46,789 nt of DNA from a virus (Duplodnaviria; Caudoviricetes), in IMG/VR virus record IMGVR_UViG_3300049472_000089, positions 1 through 46,789 of that record; one strand, given 5' to 3'. Made by a program: the position numbers and the translations under genes. The stretch's first letter is position 1; each line of letters starts with the position of its first letter. Below, in pieces: positions 29,590 to 36,723 of this stretch. The notes under the pieces are model-generated. The model saw only the letters and a program-made list of their open reading frames with translations. It was not told the origin of the DNA and made no database searches.

Positions 29590-29757
29590 TCATGGTTTGT
29601 CCTTTGTTACAATTAGGTTTTCATACTCCCAGTGAGGGCTTTGCTGGCGAAGTGCATATATTAGCAAATCAGCTATTTTCTCTGGTGTATTTACCACGCT
29701 CTGTTTCGGTATGCTGAGTCTGGCTGTAATGTTATAATCAATATATTCTACAGGCAT
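29590..29757 (-). CDS. Small early protein (MPVEYIDY...KDKP)
   Basis: ORF in the array. Confidence 0.5.
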   Translation of the reverse strand: MPVEYIDYNITARLSIPKQSVVNTPEKIADLLIYALRQQSPHWEYENLIVTKDKP

Positions 29758-29879
29758 AACTTCCCCAAATTTATTATTGATGCTACGGCAAAGCCACCAA
29801 TACCGCCCGCTATAATCAGAGCAAAGCAAAACCCAAGCATTGCCAGTCTAGCTAATCCGTCTGTGTCAAAACTTCCCAT
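29748..29879 (-). CDS. Small single-TM protein (43 aa; missing from the ORF track)
   Basis: MGSFDTDGLARLAMLGFCFALIIAGGIGGFAVASII...; AAGGAG RBS. Confidence 0.55.
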   Translation of the reverse strand: MGSFDTDGLARLAMLGFCFALIIAGGIGGFAVASIINLGKLCL

Positions 29880-29882
29880 CTG

Positions 29883-30212
29883 CTACACTCCTTGTGCTTT
29901 GGTTCTGATTAGTTTTTGCTGCAACAAGCAATCAGTAGTTTTATTGTAAATGGTACGAACAAAGCCTGTGCTTGGTGCATCCATTGAGCCAAGAACCAAT
30001 GCGGCGTAGGCTTCACTTCTGGCAACCTCAATCACCCGTTCCAACTCCGCAATCACCTTGTCTTTCTCAGCACATGCGGCTTGGAAGCCTTCCCACGCGC
30101 CTTTGTCCCATTGAGCCGCAAGCTCGTTATGCTCATGTGGATAGGGTGGATAACCTGTACGTTCTTTTCGCCACAGCATAAAAGCAGCACGGTCTTTATT
30201 TGGTGTTGTCAT
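29883..30212 (-). CDS. Small early protein
   Basis: Start MTTPNKD after AAGGAG; RAAF..W...AWEGFQAA motif. Confidence 0.65.
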   Translation of the reverse strand: MTTPNKDRAAFMLWRKERTGYPPYPHEHNELAAQWDKGAWEGFQAACAEKDKVIAELERVIEVARSEAYAALVLGSMDAPSTGFVRTIYNKTTDCLLQQKLIRTKAQGV

Positions 30213-30391
30213 GGCTGCATGCTCCTTGCTCTGTGGAATATCAATTCTATTATAGCCCCGCACCCAGCGCAAGGCGCCTTTAGCGTGGCGGTCTCCTTGC
30301 CCGCCTCGATCCGAATGGTCTTAGGTTGGTGCTTTACGCCACATTTATGGCAAACGGCGCTGTGCTCAAATGTTTCAGGTTCTGTCGTCAT
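30209..30391 (-). CDS. Small Zn-ribbon protein
   Basis: CHKC...CAGC. Confidence 0.6.
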   Translation of the reverse strand: MTTEPETFEHSAVCHKCGVKHQPKTIRIEAGKETATLKAPCAGCGAIIELIFHRARSMQP

Positions 30392-30552
30392 AAAATCCTC
30401 GTTATGTAGGTTTTGCCCTTATAGACGTAAGCAGTAATTCTCAGCTCTTCTATCTTACGCCCAAACAATTTAGCTTTTAACAGCTCCCAGCCCTTTGCAG
30501 TGACTGTAAACTCTTTCGGAATGTCTCTGTAATGGCTCTCTTGTGTTTCCAT
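30388..30552 (-). CDS. Small hypothetical protein (54 aa; missing from the ORF track)
   Basis: METQESHY...TYITRIL; ATGA-coupled to the next gene. Confidence 0.5.
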   Translation of the reverse strand: METQESHYRDIPKEFTVTAKGWELLKAKLFGRKIEELRITAYVYKGKTYITRIL

Positions 30553-30555
30553 AAT

Positions 30556-30813
30556 CTAATCCAATGCTGATAGTTGTTCTTCACTGAGCTGCCAGCTCTT
30601 GAGGCGTTTCCGCTCCACTAGCAGGCGAATCAGTATCGCTTCCGTTTCGCCCACTGGCGCCACGCCCCGCACATAACGGCTAACCGTCAATTCGTGCTTA
30701 CCTATGGATGCAGCAAGTGCTCGCTGCCCTCCTGCCTCTTTCCCGTAGAGAAACGTAACAGCACGCCTCACCTCATCGGGTTTCATGTAACTTGTAGCCA
30801 TACCGCTATCCAT
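30556..30813 (-). CDS. Small HTH DNA-binding protein
   Basis: GQRALAASIGKHELTVSRYVRG helix-turn-helix. Confidence 0.75.
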   Translation of the reverse strand: MDSGMATSYMKPDEVRRAVTFLYGKEAGGQRALAASIGKHELTVSRYVRGVAPVGETEAILIRLLVERKRLKSWQLSEEQLSALD

Positions 30814-30944
30814 TCCTTCCTTCGTTAAATAATGTTCCTAGTATCACCGCGCCGATTAATGAGAGGACGACGATCACGCCCGCCAACGTCTTTTCTGCTA
30901 GCGTCATTTTCACTGGCTTGATGCGCTTGCATTTGAAGTGCTTT

Positions 30945-31181
30945 TTACGCATCGCCCGCCTCAACGGTTGGCTGCAACACTTCCATCTTGCCCTCGCGGA
31001 TAATGTAAGCGGGGTTCTTGCCTGTCCTATCCGTCATAACGATGGTGCCATTGCAAGCGCGCATAAACCAATCGCCATCAGGCAATTGTCCTATCTGCAC
31101 TGATTCGCCAACTCGTTTCGGCTCACCGTGTCCGTTAAAAACATAAATGCCTTTGTCTTCTAAAAAATACGTTTTACCCAT
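30945..31181 (-). CDS. Hypothetical early protein
   Basis: GGAGG RBS, TAATG coupling. Confidence 0.6.
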   Translation of the reverse strand: MGKTYFLEDKGIYVFNGHGEPKRVGESVQIGQLPDGDWFMRACNGTIVMTDRTGKNPAYIIREGKMEVLQPTVEAGDA

Positions 31182-31462
31182 TACATGCCCTCCTCGTCTG
31201 GTTTAAAGAGCTTAATCCAGTTCTCGAGCGTGAGCGGAATACGATTCGCCGTCTCGCATTTGTCGAAATACTGCTCATACTCGCGCATGGTTGCTTCGCT
31301 GTAACTGTATAGCTTTGACGCCTTGCGGGCTGCTCTGCGCTCGGCTGCCTCTTGCTTCCTAAGCGCCTGCGCTACGCAAAACTCTAATGCGTCGATCAAT
31401 TGCGCTTGCGTCATTTGCCTAATAGGCACTCCCCGCCATAGTAAAATCCGTGATGCGTCCAT
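31181..31462 (-). CDS. Hypothetical early protein
   Basis: ORF tiles the array. Confidence 0.6.
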   Translation of the reverse strand: MDASRILLWRGVPIRQMTQAQLIDALEFCVAQALRKQEAAERRAARKASKLYSYSEATMREYEQYFDKCETANRIPLTLENWIKLFKPDEEGM

Positions 31463-31465
31463 GCC

Positions 31466-31882
31466 TCAATCCTCCTTTAATAGCTCGGCGTTAAAATCAA
31501 GATGCCCTGCCGTATAGGCTGCCTCAAAATCAAAGCCTAATTTGATTTTTTGTCCTCTAATGGTCGTCCAACCTTTTTGTGCGCTCAGGTGCATCAAGTC
31601 AGCTATGAGGTCGCCTGCGCTGGTCTCAAGGTCGCGAGGGTCATAATACTTTATGATTACCGCAAGCGCCTTGCGTGAGCTGCGCTTGGCAAAGCTGCCT
31701 GCTGTGGGTGGTTGTGGCTTCGTATCATTGCCAGCCCTCGCCCCTGTGCAAACATACGCGGCAACTTCCTTTGCTGCTGCAGCGCTAACGCCGTGATTGT
31801 TTGCCAGATTCTGCACGATATAGGCGAAGTCCTTGCCCTCCATTGCCATATCCAGCGCGATTGCTTTGTGTTTCTCATTCAT
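31466..31882 (-). CDS. Hypothetical early protein
   Basis: Start MNEKHK; DLIADLMHL...GFDF motif. Confidence 0.65.
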   Translation of the reverse strand: MNEKHKAIALDMAMEGKDFAYIVQNLANNHGVSAAAAKEVAAYVCTGARAGNDTKPQPPTAGSFAKRSSRKALAVIIKYYDPRDLETSAGDLIADLMHLSAQKGWTTIRGQKIKLGFDFEAAYTAGHLDFNAELLKED

Positions 31883-32097
31883 AAGCTGCGACCTCTCTTC
31901 CAATCATATATGCGTTTAATCGTTCCATTATCGACGCCTTGTTTGTAAGCTATCCGCTGCAATACTTGCGCCCATCCCAGATAGGGATTGATAGGATCAA
32001 TTTGCCGTTTTGTGCCATCCTGCAGCACGAGAAGCGGGCGGCGGGTATATCCAGCCCTCCAACCTGCTCCGTAAGCTGTTTTGATCGATTTTAGCAT
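31879..32097 (-). CDS. Hypothetical early protein
   Basis: ORF tiles the array. Confidence 0.55.
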   Translation of the reverse strand: MLKSIKTAYGAGWRAGYTRRPLLVLQDGTKRQIDPINPYLGWAQVLQRIAYKQGVDNGTIKRIYDWKRGRSL

Positions 32098-32101
32098 GAT
32101 T

Positions 32102-32413
32102 CTATCCTTTCAATATCATAATGGGTTTATCAGTTAGTCCGTTGGTTATGGCTGCAAGCTTCGCTAAGATAGGCTTGCGGGCTTTGCGATTGAGCCGTGG
32201 CATGGTGGCGCTTATGTGCATAAATACCACGTAATCAACCACGCTAAACCACTCCCCGTCTGGCTCCTCTCGCGCTCGCTCCATTCCGCCATACACCCAG
32301 CGCCCGCGCTCTTCATAAACGAAGTCGGTCGCCTTGTCCTTTTTGAGCCGTTCGCCTATCTCGAGTATCATAGGCGAGCCGAGCTTCACTTCTGCACTGT
32401 ATCGGCTTTGCAT
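32102..32413 (-). CDS. Hypothetical early protein
   Basis: ORF tiles the array. Confidence 0.6.
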   Translation of the reverse strand: MQSRYSAEVKLGSPMILEIGERLKKDKATDFVYEERGRWVYGGMERAREEPDGEWFSVVDYVVFMHISATMPRLNRKARKPILAKLAAITNGLTDKPIMILKG

Positions 32414-32415
32414 GG

Positions 32416-32589
32416 CTATTTCCTTTCTATGGCTTCAAAGTCGCTAGGCGTTAGCGTCTTGTCCATAAATAACCCACGGTTGCAATAATCCACTGCATTG
32501 ACTGCCAACCATTGCGCGGCGCTTTCCGCGCTTGAGCAATACGCGTGAACGTGCAAATGGTTCTTTTTCTCAACAATCATCATCCGCAT
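32416..32589 (-). CDS. Hypothetical early protein
   Basis: Start MRMMIV after GGAGG. Confidence 0.55.
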   Translation of the reverse strand: MRMMIVEKKNHLHVHAYCSSAESAAQWLAVNAVDYCNRGLFMDKTLTPSDFEAIERK

Positions 32590-32933
32590 GGCACGCCCTC
32601 CGCTTGCTCGCGCTCCCATCGCGCCCAGTCTTCTAAGCGCAAAAGCGGGTGATTCTTTAGCGTCGCCATCCAGCATTTGTTCACATCAACCGCCGCATCT
32701 AGTCCCTTGCTGGTGTAATACCAAACGCCAAGCAAAGCGCTATAGCCGTTGGTTGATGCCTGCCCTTTTGGTGCAAGTTTCAACCTTTCGCGCCGCTCTA
32801 ACTCCAAACGCCCTAGCCTTGCCCGCTCGGCTATGTAGCGCTTTAGCTCAGGGCTAAAATCCGCCGTTGTGCGCTCGCCATAGGGCAGGGCGTCCACTTC
32901 CTCTTGTAATGCCTTGTAATCGAATGTTTGCAT
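32580..32933 (-). CDS. Hypothetical early protein
   Basis: Start MQTFDY after GGAGG. Confidence 0.55.
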   Translation of the reverse strand: MQTFDYKALQEEVDALPYGERTTADFSPELKRYIAERARLGRLELERRERLKLAPKGQASTNGYSALLGVWYYTSKGLDAAVDVNKCWMATLKNHPLLRLEDWARWEREQAEGVPCG

Positions 32934-32935
32934 GA

Positions 32936-33172
32936 TTAGCGCCCTCCCCCGAATGAAACATTTTTCCACGCAAAATCCGCTATTCTATCCCACGGCATAG
33001 CAAGGTATTTTTCCGCGTTCTCTGGCTTCAATGCTTTGACTACTGCAAGCATGGCATTTGCCGTGCTGCCGTCTATCACTAGCGAGCGATTCTTGCCCGC
33101 CACCGTCCACTTAACTTTGCGGTAGCCATTCGCCACCACGTCGTTGATAATGTCTAATTTGCTCATGGTCAT
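32936..33172 (-). CDS. Hypothetical early protein
   Basis: AAGGAG RBS. Confidence 0.65.
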   Translation of the reverse strand: MTMSKLDIINDVVANGYRKVKWTVAGKNRSLVIDGSTANAMLAVVKALKPENAEKYLAMPWDRIADFAWKNVSFGGGR

Positions 33173-33178
33173 GATTCT

Positions 33179-33369
33179 TTACTCCTTGCTTGTATGAGAT
33201 AGGCAGGTATTCAGCCCGTCTTTAAAATTCCAGATTATAAGGCAACCTCTTGCCCCTCTTTATAGTGCAAGAGGTTGCCTTCAATCCGTGTAACGGTGAA
33301 CTTCCGCCCCTGTGATATAGGCGAGTTGTATTCTAGTACTTCGCCAATGCGCGGCTTACGTTGTAACAT
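33179..33369 (-). pseudogene. Small gene apparently frameshifted at a 15-bp perfect inverted repeat
   Basis: MLQRKP...EVAL* (33369-33235); another frame continues IIWNFKDGLN...KE* to 33179, abutting the next gene. Confidence 0.4.
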
Positions 33370-33372
33370 TGG

Positions 33373-33651
33373 CTAGCCCTCCACTATCAAGCGCGAGTTA
33401 TAAAGCGCCTCTGGCATTGGTTTTTCGGTCGCGTAGTACGCTATGCGATTAACCCATGCTAGCCCTATTACAAACGCCACGCCATCGCCTGCCCCGTCAA
33501 TCATAGTCAGCAAGCGCCGCTCTTCATTCGCCTTTGCAATCTCGGGGCTAATAGCGCCCGCCTCATATTCAAATTGCACGGGGTCGCCATCCATGCCCAA
33601 TTCCATGCCGAATTCGTCGTCGATGTCTTCAATCGTTTTGTAGGTTTTCAT
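33373..33651 (-). CDS. Hypothetical early protein
   Basis: G...VNRIAYY.T motif; ATGA-coupled. Confidence 0.65.
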   Translation of the reverse strand: MKTYKTIEDIDDEFGMELGMDGDPVQFEYEAGAISPEIAKANEERRLLTMIDGAGDGVAFVIGLAWVNRIAYYATEKPMPEALYNSRLIVEG

Positions 33652-33986
33652 AAGCTCACCCCCTGCAATGCTGCTATGAAGCTCGCAAAATGCTCAGCGT
33701 GGCGCGTCTCTACCGTCACATCCTTGTCAGGGTCTTGCTCAGCGTTGTCTTCGTCTTCCTCCACTGCCCAAAGCAAGCATTGCTTTTTCACAAGCTCGAT
33801 GAGGTCGCTTTCTGCCATTGCCCGTGGTGGCGTCTTAGCAGCAACATAATCAACCGCGTCTTGCCATTCGCCAAGGGTTAAAACTACAACGCCGCTCTCC
33901 ATTTCAGCGTCCACTTGTCTGAGGCTCAGCTTTTGCAAGTCCGCGCCGCTTTCATTCGTAAATGTTACATAAGTTTGTTTTTTCAT
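33648..33986 (-). CDS. Hypothetical acidic early protein
   Basis: AAGGAGG RBS. Confidence 0.65.
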   Translation of the reverse strand: MKKQTYVTFTNESGADLQKLSLRQVDAEMESGVVVLTLGEWQDAVDYVAAKTPPRAMAESDLIELVKKQCLLWAVEEDEDNAEQDPDKDVTVETRHAEHFASFIAALQGVSL

Positions 33987-33988
33987 GA

Positions 33989-34393
33989 TTAAGCCTCCTT
34001 AGCTAATTCTTGCGCGGCGTAGTGAGCAAGCGCCGCCTCGCGTATATCGTCCACTTGTCGCAGTGCTTTCAGGTGCATGCCCCTAATCACTCGCTCAGTG
34101 ATGCGAGCGGGTGCATCGCGTAGGATTGTGGCGCTGTAATCGCCGCAACCCGTGCCCATGCCCATAGCGTGCGTTTCAGTGGTGTAACCATGCCCGCTAG
34201 GGCGTGCAGTGTGGACGCTCGCGCTTGATATGGCAAAGCTGTTAAAGGAGTGCTTGCGCGTGCTGATTCGCAAAATGCGCTCGCCTGCTAACTCGGTAGC
34301 AGTGGCGGGCACGTCATCTATCTTTATGTTGGTGATTGCCACCCATCCGCTTTTTGCGCGTTTCTCTATTTTGTACTCGATTAAGTTAGTCAT
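33989..34393 (-). CDS. Hypothetical early protein
   Basis: AGGAG upstream; 134 aa. Confidence 0.7.
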   Translation of the reverse strand: MTNLIEYKIEKRAKSGWVAITNIKIDDVPATATELAGERILRISTRKHSFNSFAISSASVHTARPSGHGYTTETHAMGMGTGCGDYSATILRDAPARITERVIRGMHLKALRQVDDIREAALAHYAAQELAKEA

Positions 34394-34490
34394 ATCGTTG
34401 TCGCTCTCTCCTGTTTACAGGGTTTCAGTGTTAATCGCAGCAAAGGCGCTGCATCGGCGAGGGGCGCTAATCCCTCGCCTGTGCAAAGCC

Positions 34491-35384
34491 CTAAGCGGCG
34501 AGCGGCGAGCCTCCTTTAATCTCCGCCATTTTGTCAGCTAATACCCACAGAGCGCGATTAAGCGCAACGTTGCCGTCAATGCCATTGACAGGGCGAGACT
34601 CACGGCGCGAGCGTGCACCATTTGCGGCGCGGTGCGTATAGTGCACGCCGCCATTGATGAGCGTTTCCTGCGTGCGGTTGAACGTCCGCCACAAGTCGTT
34701 ACCTACGTCGGCACTACGGCGGGCGCGGTGTATCATGGCGGGCAGTACGTCGGGCGCTTTCCCCTCTTCATAGCGAAGCGCGAGCGCCGCTTCCGCGAAG
34801 GCGTCCTGTTCACTAACCGACAATTGCACGCTGCGCATATCTTCAATCGCGGCGGTTACTTGCTCGCTTTCGTGGATGATGCGATAGGCGCCCTCGATGA
34901 CATTACCGACAATATCGCCTTTATGCGCGACGCGGTGCTCGGTAGCTTCGCCAATAGATGCGATTAAGCCATTGCTACAAACGATGCGAAAAACGCCGCT
35001 CATGAGCTTATAGCTGCTTGTGCCGTCATGCGCGTTGAGCATAACCAGCTCGCGGACATTCTCGCCCGCTTGCTTCTCTAAATCGTGAGCGTGACGCAAG
35101 CGCAATAGATGCTTAGTGAAGGCGCGCTTTTCATCATCTCGCGAGCCGCCCTGCCTTACTTCAAAAGGCACAAAGCCTTCAGCGCGTAAACCCTTTAAGA
35201 CTTCGCTTGTCGGAATGTAGGTGTATCGCTCAGAGCGCGAGCCGTGCGCTTCGTTAGCAAAAACGGAAGGCGCCGCCGCTTGCAGCTGCTCGTCGCTTAA
35301 TCCGTCATTGGTTGCAGCTCGTAGAATGGTTGCACCTGCACCGAAGCGGGCAATGCGCCCGTGATTAAATGTAGTAAAAGCCAT
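34491..35384 (-). CDS. DUF932 family protein (first early gene)
   Basis: APSVFA...RSERYTYIPT, FTKHLLRLR, LNAHDGTSSY, FRIVCSNGL, DLWRTFNRTQE, LNRALW. Confidence 0.9.
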   Translation of the reverse strand: MAFTTFNHGRIARFGAGATILRAATNDGLSDEQLQAAAPSVFANEAHGSRSERYTYIPTSEVLKGLRAEGFVPFEVRQGGSRDDEKRAFTKHLLRLRHAHDLEKQAGENVRELVMLNAHDGTSSYKLMSGVFRIVCSNGLIASIGEATEHRVAHKGDIVGNVIEGAYRIIHESEQVTAAIEDMRSVQLSVSEQDAFAEAALALRYEEGKAPDVLPAMIHRARRSADVGNDLWRTFNRTQETLINGGVHYTHRAANGARSRRESRPVNGIDGNVALNRALWVLADKMAEIKGGSPLAA

Positions 35385-35453
35385 AATAAACCTCTTTCAA
35401 TTAGCGGGTGGCATGATTGCCAGCACTCGCAGGAATCGCAATTCCTAAGATGC

Positions 35454-35482
35454 AGCATAATCGCGGCGATTAGTAATGTAAA
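35454..35482 (-). promoter_or_regulatory. Near-consensus leftward early sigma70 promoter
   Basis: Minus strand TTTACA-N17-TATGCT with an upstream A-tract (UP-like). Confidence 0.75.
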
Positions 35483-35555
35483 GCACTTTTTTTATCAAAA
35501 ATGAAAACAAAATGACAAACGCTTGATTATAAAAGATTAGTCGCGGCGATAAAAT

Positions 35556-35759
35556 AAACTAAGACAAGCCCCCTTGTCGGAGTTTGTCGGAGTTTCCAAA
35601 ATAAACTAAGACAAACTAAGACAGCGGTTTTTGTCGGAGTTTCTAGCCCTTAGTGAGCGCGGGTTAGCGCCTGCATTTAGTCGCGGCGAGCGATACTAAG
35701 ACAAGCGGGCTTGTCGGAGTTTTATTCTTTTTATTATTCAATAGGATAAACTAAGACAA
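35556..35759. repeat. Array of AAACTAAGACAA (5 copies) and TTGTCGGAGTTT (4 copies) forming three 12-6-12 imperfect inverted repeats; candidate origin iterons or recombination sites
   Basis: Sites at 35556-85, 35613-42 and 35693-722, each with an exactly 6-bp spacer; extra half-sites at a 10-bp period. Confidence 0.85.
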
Positions 35760-35765
35760 AAATGC

Positions 35766-35785
35766 CCCCCTCCTAAAGGAGGGGG
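35766..35785. other. Perfect GC hairpin next to the repeat array
   Basis: CCCCCTCCT-AA-AGGAGGGGG. Confidence 0.7.
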
Positions 35786-35966
35786 AAGGGGGCGGAATAG
35801 CCCGCGCCCCTATCGCTTCGCTCGGGGCTAGTCTATTGCACCCCTAGAAAGGCAAGGCGGGCGGTTAGTCGCGGCGATTAGTGAGACAGGACGGGGATTA
35901 GGCGCAAAATAAGCGCTTGCATTGAGTGGTGGATTGTGCAAAAATGCGGTTAGGGAGTCATGGCTT

Positions 35967-36434
35967 ATGCACTTAAACAAAATAGATAAAAATCATGCAC
36001 TTAAACAATTTTTGCTAGCCGTTTCGGAAGGCTGCACGATGATGGAAGGGGGCAAAAAGGCGGGTTTTTCTCACCCCGAAACGTCCATAGCGCGGGAATT
36101 GCACAACCCTGATTTTCTGCCCGCCATGTCCCACGCCTTGCGGCATAGGCTAGGCGGCGCCCTTGCTTTGAAGGCTATGAACATAGCCGAAGAGCTGCTA
36201 ACCAAGAAAAGCACTAGCCCGCGCATTAGATGGGATATTGCCAAAACAATTTTAGCGGCGGGCGCTGGCTTTGTCCCCCCAAAGGCGCGAGAAACTGAGG
36301 CGCCGCCTCAAGATATCAGCAACATGAGCGCTAACGATATCATGGCATTGCGTCAAACGCTCGAACAAGAAATGGCGAACCGTTCAAGCAATGCAAAGAT
36401 TATTGACGCTGAACCGCTTGACTTTCTTGATTAG
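35967..36434 (+). CDS. terS: Putative terminase small subunit
   Basis: N-terminal HTH with KKAGFS...ARELHNP, and RIRWDIAKTIL..G motif; GGAG RBS before ATG 35967; first rightward gene. Confidence 0.65.
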   Translation: MHLNKIDKNHALKQFLLAVSEGCTMMEGGKKAGFSHPETSIARELHNPDFLPAMSHALRHRLGGALALKAMNIAEELLTKKSTSPRIRWDIAKTILAAGAGFVPPKARETEAPPQDISNMSANDIMALRQTLEQEMANRSSNAKIIDAEPLDFLD

Positions 36435-36723
36435 TCACTGCCTTGCATAGGCACTACCCCCCGAACCCACCCCCCTACCCTATCGCCTGCCCTGCATGGC
36501 GAGCCATAGCCGCGCCTGCATGATGGGCGATGCGCTCCCCTGCCTGCGCCTGCGCCAGCCCGCCCGACCCCCGTGGGGGAGGGGGGAACGTAGTGCCAGC
36601 AAGCCAGGCCCCCGCCCCGACCAATCTGCGAAATTTTCAAAACGACCTAGTCGTCGCGACAAGGCAGAAAGCCTAGTATTTTTCTATTTGACACCGACCC
36701 GCCAAACTGATAAACCTGCATCC

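Larger units (their letters stand above)
29094..29598. repeat. 24-bp gene-start direct repeat TGTTAAGGTCGTTGGTCATGGTTT (29094-29117; 29575-29598)
   Basis: Exact match; encodes MTNDLN on the minus strand. Confidence 0.88.
29551..29901. repeat. 26-bp gene-end/RBS/start repeat CCATCTGCTAC(T/A)CTCCTTGTGCTTTG (29551-29576; 29876-29901)
   Basis: 25/26 identity; encodes KAQG(E/V)-stop, RBS and next ATG. Confidence 0.88.
35458..35881. promoter_or_regulatory. Four operator-like boxes with core TCGCGGCGA (35458-72, 35537-52, 35677-89, 35865-81)
   Basis: The first is the perfect palindrome TAATCGC-G-GCGATTA inside the promoter spacer; the other three read TTAGTCGCGGCGA. Confidence 0.7.

Noticed and set aside
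32095-33990. Recurrent CATGATT at early gene starts
   Set aside because: Only 7 bp; explained by stop/start spacing preference and too short to call a cassette boundary
35556-35759. Mini-CRISPR array
   Set aside because: Repeats are 12 bp and inverted, with 6-bp spacers; no cas genes
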